A stretch of DNA of 63,849 nucleotides, filler included, from Choristocarpus tenellus KU-1152 (taxonomy: Eukaryota > Protista > Phaeophyceae), in assembly GCA_964200185.2 (NCBI GenBank). It is 12 parts of 12 records of this genome, joined end to end, with 100 filler letters (N's around TTAATTAATTAA, not from the genome) between each part and the next. Parts side by side here need not be neighbours in the genome. Positions count along the whole stretch, not along the records: positions 1 to 3,956 come from CAXNAD020016943.1; positions 4,057 to 6,695 come from CAXNAD020026055.1; positions 6,796 to 9,916 come from CAXNAD020022174.1; positions 10,017 to 20,575 come from CAXNAD020002856.1; 8 more parts are not named here. One strand, given 5' to 3'. The notes beneath the pieces are model-generated. The model searched no databases. It worked only from the letters and a program-made list of their open reading frames with translations, and was not told the DNA's origin. Shown in pieces: positions 1-10,478 of this stretch. Every line of letters starts with the position of its first letter. Position 1 is the stretch's first letter. Made by a program: the position numbers and the translations under genes.

Positions 1-76
1 AATAACCCAAAAATTGCGACATGAAAAAATTGACCCCAAATGGACAGCCGCCACCCCCTCCCAGATACTTTGAGTC
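1..76 (+). mobile_element. MITE family A, right end (truncated by window start)
   Basis: aaaattgcgacatgaaaaaattgaccccaaatggacagccgccaccc..cagatactttgagtc matches the other A copies. Confidence 0.9.
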
Positions 77-808
77 ATTAATTAGGATAGTTGATCCAGA
101 AAATTGTTTTATGGTATTGCCTGGGTCCAGGCCTGTGATACGCCCACTAGTACTTCAGAACTTCTGGTTGACTACTTTGAAGGTTGAAGTCATGCACAGA
201 TCCCACAGCTACATATTTTTAGCTATATAATCAAATTTCGCACAAGCAAGTCCCCCTACCTGCTAGTAAAGTCAACCCCACATAGTATATAATAACAAGA
301 GGCACAGCTCATCCCGACCACCCAGGAACAAGTCCCCCCTATACCTTTCCTCCCTGGCCTGTGATGTCTCTATTGCTAGTTTCCAAATCTTTGGATCTCC
401 TCCTCCTCCTTTTGGCCAATTTGAAGGTCAAAGTTACGAACAGATCACCCACCGGCATAGCCCACCCCCTTCACCTAGGCAAACATCCCTGCAAACCAGC
501 CACAGTTCCTCCTGGTGTAGATTATCCTCGCCTTTTCCTTGATGCACAGAGACCACACTGTGCTTTTCTTCCTGAAAATATCCTGATTGAGTACCGTGTG
601 GACTTGGTCGTGGATGTTCTCCTCTTTTCCCAGGACGATAAAACTGGCTCTATTCCGTTTCAATAAAAAATAAAAATCAACCTACTACTACTTAGAAATG
701 TAACGTGTTAGATTTTGATTTTATTAGTTATTGTTTAGGTTGTGGAAAAATGTAAACATAAAATGTCATTCAACCCCCAAAAAGGTTTTCCCCTTCTCTT
801 CCTTACAG

Positions 809-2557
809 GATCCATTTCCAGTATGTCACTAGTAGTAACACAAGAGTTGAGTTGAATATGGGACGTAATGATGAAACAACCAACCAACGAATGGTCTGGT
901 TGGGTGCCAGCAGTTCCACTATTTCTTCCTCCACGAGTCCGGGCGATACTACTGAGGTTCATGTCGAGCCGGACTTCTCATTCTTGGACAAGGAGGGAGG
1001 AGAAACAGGAGTGCCGACCTGTAGACATCATCGCAAAGTGGTCCCCGACGTTGATACTTCAGATGTGGTAGTGAGACAGTCTAATCCATGTCAAAGGAGA
1101 CCAAAAGGTAGTCCTGGAATGGTAGTGATGTGGCTGGCGCTGCACCTTGTTCTGCATGTGGTAGGTTACCTTCTTGCTGTGAGATATCTTCCATCCGCAA
1201 GAAGCAGCAGAGTGCTGGCATCTTTTCTTTATGCCACTGGTTTAGGATGCTCTGCTCTCTACGTAAATATTCTTCGATCCGATCCGGGTGAGTCTTTAGT
1301 TCAACGCAGAAAGGAATTGATTTCCTCAAGCTGATCCTCTTGTCAGGAGAGCCACGATCAGGTAATGTGACGGCATTTCATTTATGCCGTTAACGCACAT
1401 TGTATCGACAACTTCATTCTTCTCCAGGAACAATAGCGATTGGGGAAGGAACGAGAGATAGACCGGTGGATGAGAGTTTGGAGGGTGGGTATGGTGAGGA
1501 TGACATCGCAGCAGCAGCAAGGCATGGTTGGTGTAATACATGTTCCTCTTCCCGCCCTCCACGTTCCAAGCACTGCAGAAAGTGCTCGCGCTGTGTTCTA
1601 CGGTTCGACCACCAGTGAGTTGCGAGCTGCCTATGTCCCTGTTTCTGGGGTGCATGACGCGGTTGGCACGCATTTTTTTGCGTTCAGTCCTGAATTGGTA
1701 GAGTTTGGCTTCTGATTTACTGTAATCTTGACGAAACATGTCTGATGTAAGTTGTCTGATACAAGGGTCAGACTGAAAGGACTGCAACCGAAATAAATTA
1801 CTACGTTGGTAGGTAAACTCCAATACCTTATGTAGTATGCTAATGTGGAGCCCTTGGTCATCATTTTTTGTAGTTTTCCTGTCTTGTCTATTGCATAGAC
1901 TCCTACACTTTGATTGACACAGCCTTTGCTTGCATCTTGACTTGCCTCCATGTCAGCCTGACATTTGCACCACTGATGTCTGACTTCCCTTACTATAGGG
2001 AATCTGAGTTCCTTCTTTCCCACACAACTCACGAACTATTGAAATATTGTACCCTCTGGTTAGCAACATACATATCAACATATATCTCTCTGCTTGCGTT
2101 TGAGACTGTACACATCTCTTTTCTAAACACATGCAGTGTTTATCCTGTTGCTTATTGCGTACAGTATTTCATCTGAAATATGTTCATATGTAAGAATGTG
2201 GTAGGAGGCAGCATTGCCACATCACAAGGCCCCACTATGGAGAAGTTGAGAGGGCAACATGTACTCCTAAATCTGTCTCCAAAGCATTTACTACATAGTG
2301 AGTTTCTGATGGAAGACAGTTTCTCCGAGTTAAGTGCACCAACTATCCCAATCTCTTCCCACTCTTCCCGATACACTACTGTGATAACGCCATACGATTA
2401 ATTCTGATACTCCTGAACTTCCCCCAATGTCAGCTGCCCATGGATTGGAGGAGATATTGGTGTCGGCAATCACTTATCATTTCTAGTGTTCGTCGCAATG
2501 CAGTCAGTTCATGTGGGTCTGGGGGCTCTTGTATGTTTTATCGCGGCCCGAGAAAAG
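809..2557 (+). CDS. DHHC-type protein S-acyltransferase, partial, spliced
   Basis: Exons ~809-1287 (two TM segments, ends SDP-G), 1428-1614 ([29 protein letters not shown]) and 2434-2557 ([20 protein letters not shown]). GT-AG junctions are phase-consistent and rebuild the DHHC Cys-rich domain. Confidence 0.93.
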
Positions 2558-3068
2558 GTGAATACGTGGGTTGGAAGAGGAGATACAGAGCAACTCATAC
2601 ATTTTTTTACATGGATTGTAGCTTTACTCTAGAGAAATGAGTTGTGGTGCCGGGATATCGCTTTTATGGAGTTGAACTAAGGCGTGGGTGCTCTTTCAAG
2701 TGTACTGAAGGAATGCAAAAAGTTCTTCCTAAGCCTCTATGAAATGTAACTGAACCATGAAACAATTGGTAGTGAAGGAGAACCTTCCTTTGGGGGGGGA
2801 GGGGGGTAGGGAGTAGGAGAGTGGTAAGGAGAAGAAAGTGTTGAATTATATATATAGGTACTATGAAGTATTGATATTTCGGTGTATGTAGATAGATGAG
2901 GATGCAATTGAGGGAGACGGAGTTGCACGGGCAAGGAGTTGTTGTTCCTGCCTTCTTGATTATTTTGGTTGATTCCTACCCTACCACACACACTCTCTAC
3001 TTACAAGCTTCATCTCGCAGCATGGTTACTCTTAAATTGCGTTGCACTCCTATCCACACTATCTTTTT

Positions 3069-3250
3069 GACCCAAATTATCCGTTGGGGGGGGGGGGGTC
3101 TACGCCAGAGTATCGATTTGGACCAAAACAAGGAAAAGTGCACTTTTATTATACATCTAATGTGTGGGAACTAAATCACCCAAAAATCAAGACATGAAAA
3201 AATTGACCCAAACGGACAGCCGCCACCCCCCCCCCTAGATACTTTGACCC
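3069..3250 (+). mobile_element. MITE family A (PIF/Harbinger-like)
   Basis: Degenerate left TIR gacccaaattatccg plus G tract; right TIR ctagatactttgaccc; family A interior. Confidence 0.85.
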
Positions 3251-3591
3251 TATTCATCTACCGAACCAATCCACTGAAGGCCCAAGAGGTCTGTCCCTTA
3301 CACACACAGAGAGACCATGAAGTTTTTCTTTGTGTGAGAGAGCTACTTTCCACCCAAAGAAGTGCTCCATTGTTGGTTTGATTCCACAGTTGTTTATGTT
3401 TCTCAAACGTGCTTGATTTTTGGTGACAGAAGGGAGGGTATTGTTAATGGCTGGTGTCCTTTATGTTATTGTTCCTGTTGGCTTGCTCTACTAATAGTTG
3501 TAGTAATGATCGAAAAATAGTAAGATCGACAATAATATTAGTAATAGTAAGGAGTAATAATGTTACCGATGGTAATGAGGTGGTAAGTTTA

Positions 3592-3761
3592 GACTCAAAG
3601 TGTCTGGGGGGGAGGGAGGGCTCAACACCATTCAGGCCCTCACCAGGAAAAGTGCACTAACATTATCCATCCGACGTATGCAATCAAATCACCCAAGAAA
3701 TGTGTCATATAAAAAATGGGCCCCGAATGGACAGCCACCCCCGCCCCAGATACTTTGAACC
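3592..3761 (+). mobile_element. MITE family A, TSD TTA
   Basis: gactcaaagtgtctggg...cccagatactttgaacc, flanked by tta on both sides. Confidence 0.9.
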
Positions 3762-3956
3762 TTAGAGATACATTCGTAAATCATTGGCATGAAGTTTGCT
3801 TGTTTGGGTCTCCGCTTGATATCCCCTGGGGGGATAGGTCAGGCATGAGAGCATCATAATTTTCTGGCTATGGCAAGGGATCTTTTGGTGGCCGCCGGGG
3901 GGGGGGGATTCCCATCTCAGTGCAGATATTGGTCGTTGCATCCCTGTAGGGTAATA

Positions 3957-4056
3957 NNNNNNNNNNNNNNNNNNNNNNNNNNNNNNNNNNNNNNNNNNNN
4001 TTAATTAATTAANNNNNNNNNNNNNNNNNNNNNNNNNNNNNNNNNNNNNNNNNNNN
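3957..4056. other. Artificial contig-joining linker (first of 11)
   Basis: N44-TTAATTAATTAA-N44, with stops in all six frames. Recurs at 6696, 9917, 20576, 24138, 31137, 39815, 47876, 52060, 56530 and 61244. Confidence 0.99.
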
Positions 4057-4174
4057 GGAAGAAGACCTTTCCTTTACTTCCTCCTCACACAAACAACAAC
4101 ATCGACATCAACATCGATTGAAGCAAACAGTAAAGAAAAAAAAAAAAAAAATGTTCAAAAAAAAAAAAACTCAC

Positions 4175-6495
4175 TTTGCAGACGGGCAGAATCGATCGAT
4201 CTGCACCCCCGTCTTGATGATATGTTCACAGTGCACCCCACGCCGCTCTAGCTTCTCCTGCAAAACCAAGCAGCACGGAAAAAAGGAAAAAAAAAGAAGA
4301 GATTGAGGTGGAGGGAAACAACCGTACACTACAGGGTCAGGCACGTTGAAGAACGAAATAGCACACTCAAAAACAAAAACAAAAAAAACGAGATGGGTTT
4401 GCGTTCGATCCATCTCAAAAAAAAAAATCGTGCACATTGCATGCAAGCTTTCTGGAATTCTTGACATTTCCAGTGTGTGTTGTGGTAGTGACAGTTGGAT
4501 AACTAACAAGCTATACTGTTATTGGGTGCGCCCTCCCTCTGCGAAGAAAGCTCAGCCCTACGCTCCAAGACAAGCATACAGGGATCCTTCCCACCTCTCC
4601 TTGAATGTTGCAACAAACCCTAAACCTGACTCAGTTTGTAGGTCCACTGCTAAATTGTGGAACATTAGGTACGACTACCACAGGGGAGAAAAGAGGTCCT
4701 CTAGAGTGGAAGTTCGGTAGACATCTGTTTGTTTGTCATAGATCCAAGGCCTGATACATGTCCACACTGAAGCAGGGTATCATCAATATTAATGTTTAAT
4801 GTCCAGTCCACATTGCTTTCAATCCTTATCTTAACCCACTGGCGGAATCTAATCATTAGCCGCAGCTGCCCAGAACCCCATTCCTAATACACTTCAATTT
4901 TCCAAAGGGCAGGAAAAAAGGAGAGGACGAGGACGAGACCACCCCCCCCCCCACGTAAGTACAACTGGAAGTGACAAGAAGTTTTCCAAGCCTACACATC
5001 GCCACACACAGGCAAAGCAAATCGCCAAAATGCTCCCCAACGATCAAACCTTGAAATGGAGAAAAAAAATATATAAATATGAAAACAAAAAAAATGCGCT
5101 GGGATGGTTCCACATTTTCAAAAAATATATGGAAAAGAATTTAAAACGTCCAGAGCAGTCTCAGTCGCAGCTTAATTCACACACACATACACAAAATATA
5201 TACAACAGAACACTTTGCCACGATTTTTTTTTTTAAATTAAAAAAAGAGGGTTTACTTCAACTACAGCTATTCACTATCACACGCGTGATTGAGGTGTGC
5301 AATATCAAACACATTGATTACTTCAGTACGGAGAACTGTGTAGTAGTCCTTCAACTGTTCTCTGGGTTGTGCTGGGAATAGATGCCATACCTTGAAAGAG
5401 GTCGATGTGGTGGCACAGCTCTCTAAAAATTTACTGTCCACCACCTCCTTGAAGTTACATGCTACGCGAGTAATCGTACAAATGTTCATCTCCTTCAGCA
5501 GCTTCTGTAAGAACAGAAATCAGTAAACGTTATCCCCAGCACAAAAAACGTGCAACAGCCACAGGAGGTGGGGGTATGGTTTGGGCATTTATCGCATCTA
5601 CATTGACAGACAAAAGGGTCCATATCCAAAAAAAGAGTTAGTGTACTGGACACAAGGACCATGTAATATACAAGAGTAGGCGAGGATAGAAAGCACTTTT
5701 ACAAGCAGAGCTTTCTAGGCAACGTGGTCGAACTCGGTAGATGGCGCAACATGGTTTAATCTCGTTTTCTCATCCAAAAAGGAGAGTTTTACTGAGATCC
5801 AATAGTTCCCTGACACAAAAGAGAGAAACTAAAAGCATCCATAAATATAATATTTTCCCACAATTTATATCGCTCACCACAACATCAGTGTGTATGCTGC
5901 CCACCACAGTTACCCCCAGCACCTTCCCCACCAACGAGAATATGGATGTCAATCCATCCACAGTGCAATGAATCACATCTAGGCACTCCCACCGCATTGT
6001 CTTGAAGATGATGCACTGTGTTGGTGGGGAAATCAGCAACCAGGACGAGCGCTAAGAGATTTAGGCAGGTCAGGTTGCACCAATCCCTACAATCCTTTCG
6101 GCCGCAAATGTAGTGTCAAGGAAAGGTACGAAAACATCACACGGGAATAACACAGTCAACCTAGTCTCTTATTTGATCTAAATTGAAGAGTAGGTCAATA
6201 GGTCATGGGTGAGGAGGAAAACACCTTTACACAAAGGCATACATGCAACAAGGGGAAATTGCGAGAGCTTCGGTAGCAATTGGTGTAAGTCAAGGGGAAA
6301 TGGACAGGGGTGAGATGAGATAAGACATTCCTTACTCAGCAAGAGAACTCGATTGACTATGCCTGCACTCCCTAGTGGCAACAAACAAGTCCAAGATACC
6401 CGAGCTCAAACATACGCACCTGATTTTTGAAGGTCGGGCAAGCTACCCGCTTAGACGGATAGAGAGGGTGGAACATAGAATCCAGCATGACGTAC
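4175..6495 (-). CDS. Unknown protein, three internal exons
   Basis: Exons 6420-6495, 5391-5504 and 4175-4257 splice in frame through canonical sites: YVMLDSMFHPLYPSKRVACPTFKNQ-KLLKEMNICTITRVACNFKEVVDSKFLESCATTSTSFK-EKLERRGVHCEHIIKTGVQIDRFCPSA. Family not recognised. Confidence 0.7.
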
Positions 6496-6660
6496 CTGAC
6501 AAGTTTTGAAAGAATGTAAGACAGGTTCGTTGACTTGAACCGGTTGGCACCGGGTATTGTTCGGGAGGATGAGAGGTTATGATAGGAGGGGGCAATTTGG
6601 ATTGTGTAATGCAACTCAAGTATTCCTCATATGTATTTCACTACGCTTTTGCTTGTACTG

Positions 6661-6818
6661 GACCCAAAGTATCTGGGGGGGGGGGGGGGGGGGGCNNNNN
6701 NNNNNNNNNNNNNNNNNNNNNNNNNNNNNNNNNNNNNNNTTAATTAATTAANNNNNNNNNNNNNNNNNNNNNNNNNNNNNNNNNNNNNNNNNNNNCCCCC
6801 CCCCAGATACTTTGACCC
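6661..6818 (+). mobile_element. Two separate MITE termini at contig ends (left end 6661-6695; right end 6796-6818)
   Basis: gacccaaagtatctg+polyG before the linker and polyC+agatactttgaccc after it. They lie on different contigs. Confidence 0.85.
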
Positions 6819-7812
6819 TCTTCAAGGCACCATGTCACCTAGGTCTGTGGGATGGAGGAGATCGAAATGATTCAGTGCTGCAATGGTGGAGTTCAGCTCT
6901 TGTTTGTCCAGTAGATATTATAAGGAGAACAAGGTAAAATCGGAGTGGTTTTCAAGATTCTTGCTTGTTCAAGTATTCACAAAGAGCAATACACTACTGC
7001 TGATGGTGTTCAATGTTAGGCAGGTAGTAAATTAAGATATTGGGAGGTGATAGTGTGTGGTTGCAGATGAAGAAAACTACTCACATTAACCCTAAGGCCC
7101 TCTACATTACACGGGTACGACTATACAATCATCATCTTATCTAGCTTGGTTGGAGACCGCACTATATAATCATTTTAAGCACGATTTTTTTTGTGGTTAG
7201 ATGTACTAGATTTCACATGCATGTATATGATTCCTGCGCTTCAAGACATAGATGTTCTGAACTGTTTTCAGGAGAATTTCTACAAGTCATCTCGATCTGC
7301 TTGTGTATGTCTTGGATTCTTTCAACTCATTTCACCACCCACATAGACCTCTACACACTTGACAACCCCCTTCTAATGCCGTTGAGAACCCAGAAGTCAA
7401 AACAGCTGTACTTGAGTTTGGTCCCCTAGAGTTTCATGCGCTAAAGATTGCGTGCCTGGCCTACTACCCCTGATCCTCTACCTGTCACGATGACAAACAC
7501 ACTCGGAAATTAGTTCGAAGCGCTGCATTTCTTCACAGTACAACTAGAACAATAGTATGAGGTAACTTTACTCTACTACGCGATATAACAACCATACCAA
7601 ATTATTCAGGACCGGGAAATGCAACACGTGCGAGCATGTCCTTTTGTAGTATGGAAAGTCACAATCTCAGTTTCGTATTTACACTAGTTTAGTTCATACG
7701 AGACAAATCTGATGCCTGTTCCACTTTGTGTCGGCTGCGAGACACATTCTATTCTTCCAACAAAGCTCTTCCCATATCCCAGTGATCCAATCATTTTCTG
7801 CGCAACTTCGTG

Positions 7813-8386
7813 CTAACTACGGGTCCTGGGGTTCTCGTCTCCATCCACCAGGTCCCTCCCCTGCAGCAGCTCCTCAGCTTCCTCTTCTGTCAATCCTGCT
7901 AGGGCTTCATTGAGGGTAGACTCCAATTCAGAAGTCCCGCCTCTTTCCACTCCCCATTCCGAATCCTGGTTTGACTCTGTTTCCTTCCCGCCCTCTTCCA
8001 AACCACAACCCATCAATCCTATTTCTTCTGTACTGGCTGGATCAATTTGTACATCCTTGCAACCACCAGACCTCTTGTTCGCCATTCCACCTTCTGCATC
8101 CTCACCCCCACCCCTGCTCCCGCTTTTTTGAGCAGGGGAGATGGATCGAGAGCAGGCGGAGGTGGGGGGGCAAGAGTGACAAGGGGTGAAGGCGGCATCT
8201 GTACCCTCCTGTAATTTTCGGACCTGAGTAGGTAATCCACTTCTTCTGTTTTTGGAGTCTGCTGAATTGATCTCATCCATTTCAAAGCTCGATGAGGGAG
8301 TGTGAAATATGTCTTCACTAGCACTGGCCCTGTGGTTGGGACCTCGGCTTTGGTGTGAGGGGGGTGGATGGGATTCACTCGCTCGC
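7813..8386 (-). CDS. Probable terminal exon, low-complexity Ser/Gly/Glu-rich
   Basis: Acceptor cttcttgcag followed by ~190 open codons to TAG. No domain recognised. Confidence 0.5.
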
Positions 8387-8751
8387 CTGCAAGAAGGTTC
8401 CAAGAACGGTGCGCCAATCAACAAAGCGGGAGATCTGGTTGAATGGGGTCTCAGTGCCTTGTATAAATGAAGTCATCGTGCCAAAAAAACAAGGCATAGA
8501 AGAAGGATAAAGCAATGGTGAAGTATAATGAATATTTTAGATTGAAGGGTAGGAGACATGGTACAGAAGGTGTTACATAGATCGCATGTAGCACACGTGT
8601 CTCTCTTAGTCAGTGGGATAGACTTCTCTGCCAACCCTGACCCCCTCCTCAACTCTTGTACCCTGAAGCTGTGTAGATAGAGTATTGGACAGGGGCTGGA
8701 CAGAGCTCGATCCTTGAGCAGGAAGAGACAGTCGAGGGGCTCTCTCTCTCT

Positions 8752-9013
8752 GAGTGAAAGTATCTTAGGGTTAGGGTACAAGTTTCAACCTGCTTGTCCC
8801 TTTGGGGCTTGGCTTCCCATGGGCTTTTATGGCATTTTCTTACTCCGAAGTGTTCCGGATTAAGTAAAATGTATATGCTATGAAAAGGTGTGTCCGGAAC
8901 AAGGAACTTGACACTTCCCAACAGACACGATAGCCAAAATTACATCAAAATCGAAACATTTGATTTTTTCCCCCGAAAGGACACGTCTCTACCCCTCTTA
9001 GATACTTCAACTC
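8752..9013 (-). mobile_element. MITE family B (~260 bp)
   Basis: gagtgaaagtatcttag...cttagatacttcaactc; interior matches the other B copies; flanks tct/tcc. Confidence 0.88.
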
Positions 9014-9171
9014 TCCCCCCATTCTCATCAAACGTTTCGGATGGATTTGGTGGGGTATCACCCGAGAGTTGCAAAAAACGGGAAATAAAAAGACAAGAAA
9101 TTTCTTTTAAGCATATCTGAACTTCAAATCACACATGGTAATGGCAAAACACAGCAGTTGTCTTGATACAA

Positions 9172-9353
9172 GGCTCAAAGTATCTGTGGGGGTGTGTGTG
9201 TCTACACCAGGGTGTCCATTCGGGTCCTAACCAGGAGAAGTGCACTTATATTATCCATCTGACGCATGCAATCAAATTCACCCAAAGATTACGACATGGA
9301 AAAATGGACCCTGAATGCACAGGCGTTGCCCCCTCCCCCAGCTACTTTGAGCC
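9172..9353 (+). mobile_element. MITE family A
   Basis: ggctcaaagtatctg...cagctactttgagcc with family A interior. Confidence 0.88.
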
Positions 9354-9642
9354 AAATTTGAGGTTGGCGGGAGGTGTTAAGGAGGCAAGAGGCTGCGAAT
9401 ATATATATATATATATATATATATTCTCGGGTCAATCAAGTTGTTTCACTGAGAAAGTAGGCAAGACCTCTGCAATCACAGGAACAGTTCCAGTTGGAAG
9501 GAACCGGGCAGGAATCGACAAAGATAAATGGGAGGGGAGGGGGGGGGAGGGGTGGGGGGTGGGGAGGTGGGGTGAACGTGGTAACGATAGTACAGACTTG
9601 AGGTGTGTACTCTGATGTACCAGAGTTGATACTTCACATCTA

Positions 9643-9916
9643 GAACCCAGAGCATTAAAGAGGGTAGGGTCGTGTCCGTTTGGGGGTCACAAGTCCGATG
9701 TCGTGAATTTGATGTAATTTTGGCTATCGTGTTTGTCAGCAAGTATGTAGACATCCAACAATGCTCCGGACGCACCTTTCATAGCCGTACACATTTTAGG
9801 GTTAGGGCTAGTGTTCACACAGAAAAAAAAAGGAAAAAAAAAGGCAGGTTTAAAAAATTCCTGTGGTAAGCCAAGCCCCGAATGGACAAACAGGGTCAAA
9901 AACGGACACCGGCACC
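9643..9916 (+). mobile_element. MITE family B variant with a different right end
   Basis: B-like interior (gatgtaattttggctatcgtgtttg...aatggacaaacaggg) ending in aacggacaccggcacc, as in the end at 56630-56668. Confidence 0.75.
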
Positions 9917-10067
9917 NNNNNNNNNNNNNNNNNNNNNNNNNNNNNNNNNNNNNNNNNNNNTTAATTAATTAANNNNNNNNNNNNNNNNNNNNNNNNNNNN
10001 NNNNNNNNNNNNNNNNATACACTCACCCCCTTTCTCACTACAACCAAAAAACATAAGCTTGTTTCAT

Positions 10068-10254
10068 CCCTCAAAGTTTTGGGGGGGGGGGGGGGAGGTG
10101 ACGGCTGTCCATTTGGGGTCATTTTTTTCATGTCGCTATTGTTTTGTGATTTGGTTGCATACATCGGATGGATAATGTAAAAGCACTCTTCCTGATTTTG
10201 ACACAAATCGACACCCTGGTGTATACCCCCTCCCCCTCCCAGATACTTTGGGTC
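10068..10254 (-). mobile_element. MITE family A, reverse orientation
   Basis: Reverse complement of the A consensus; ends cagatactttgggtc. Confidence 0.85.
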
Positions 10255-10478
10255 TCATACTCCACCACCAGGCCATCAATCCCTTAGTTCATATCAAAAA
10301 AACGTTCCGAGTTTAGTCAACCTGCCCACCTGAACAAAAAGTTTCCATTATCACAAGCATTCCACAGCCCTACTTTAGACACACGTACAAGCACACAGAT
10401 AACACAGATAACACACAGATAACACACAGATAACACACAGATAACAAAGAGGTCAGCCCAGCCAGCCACTCCACACAC

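Noticed and set aside
21-230. Recurrent peptide MKKLTPNGQPPPP (and LPNKHDSQNYI in other ORFs) as a gene family
   Set aside because: Translations of non-coding MITE families A and B.
4001-4012. Recurrent TTAATTAATTAA as a biological repeat or TSD
   Set aside because: Always centred in exactly 44+44 Ns; an artificial linker.
6661-6818. One MITE spanning the linker, which would make contigs 2 and 3 adjacent
   Set aside because: Flanks ctg and tct do not form a TSD, and contig order is arbitrary.
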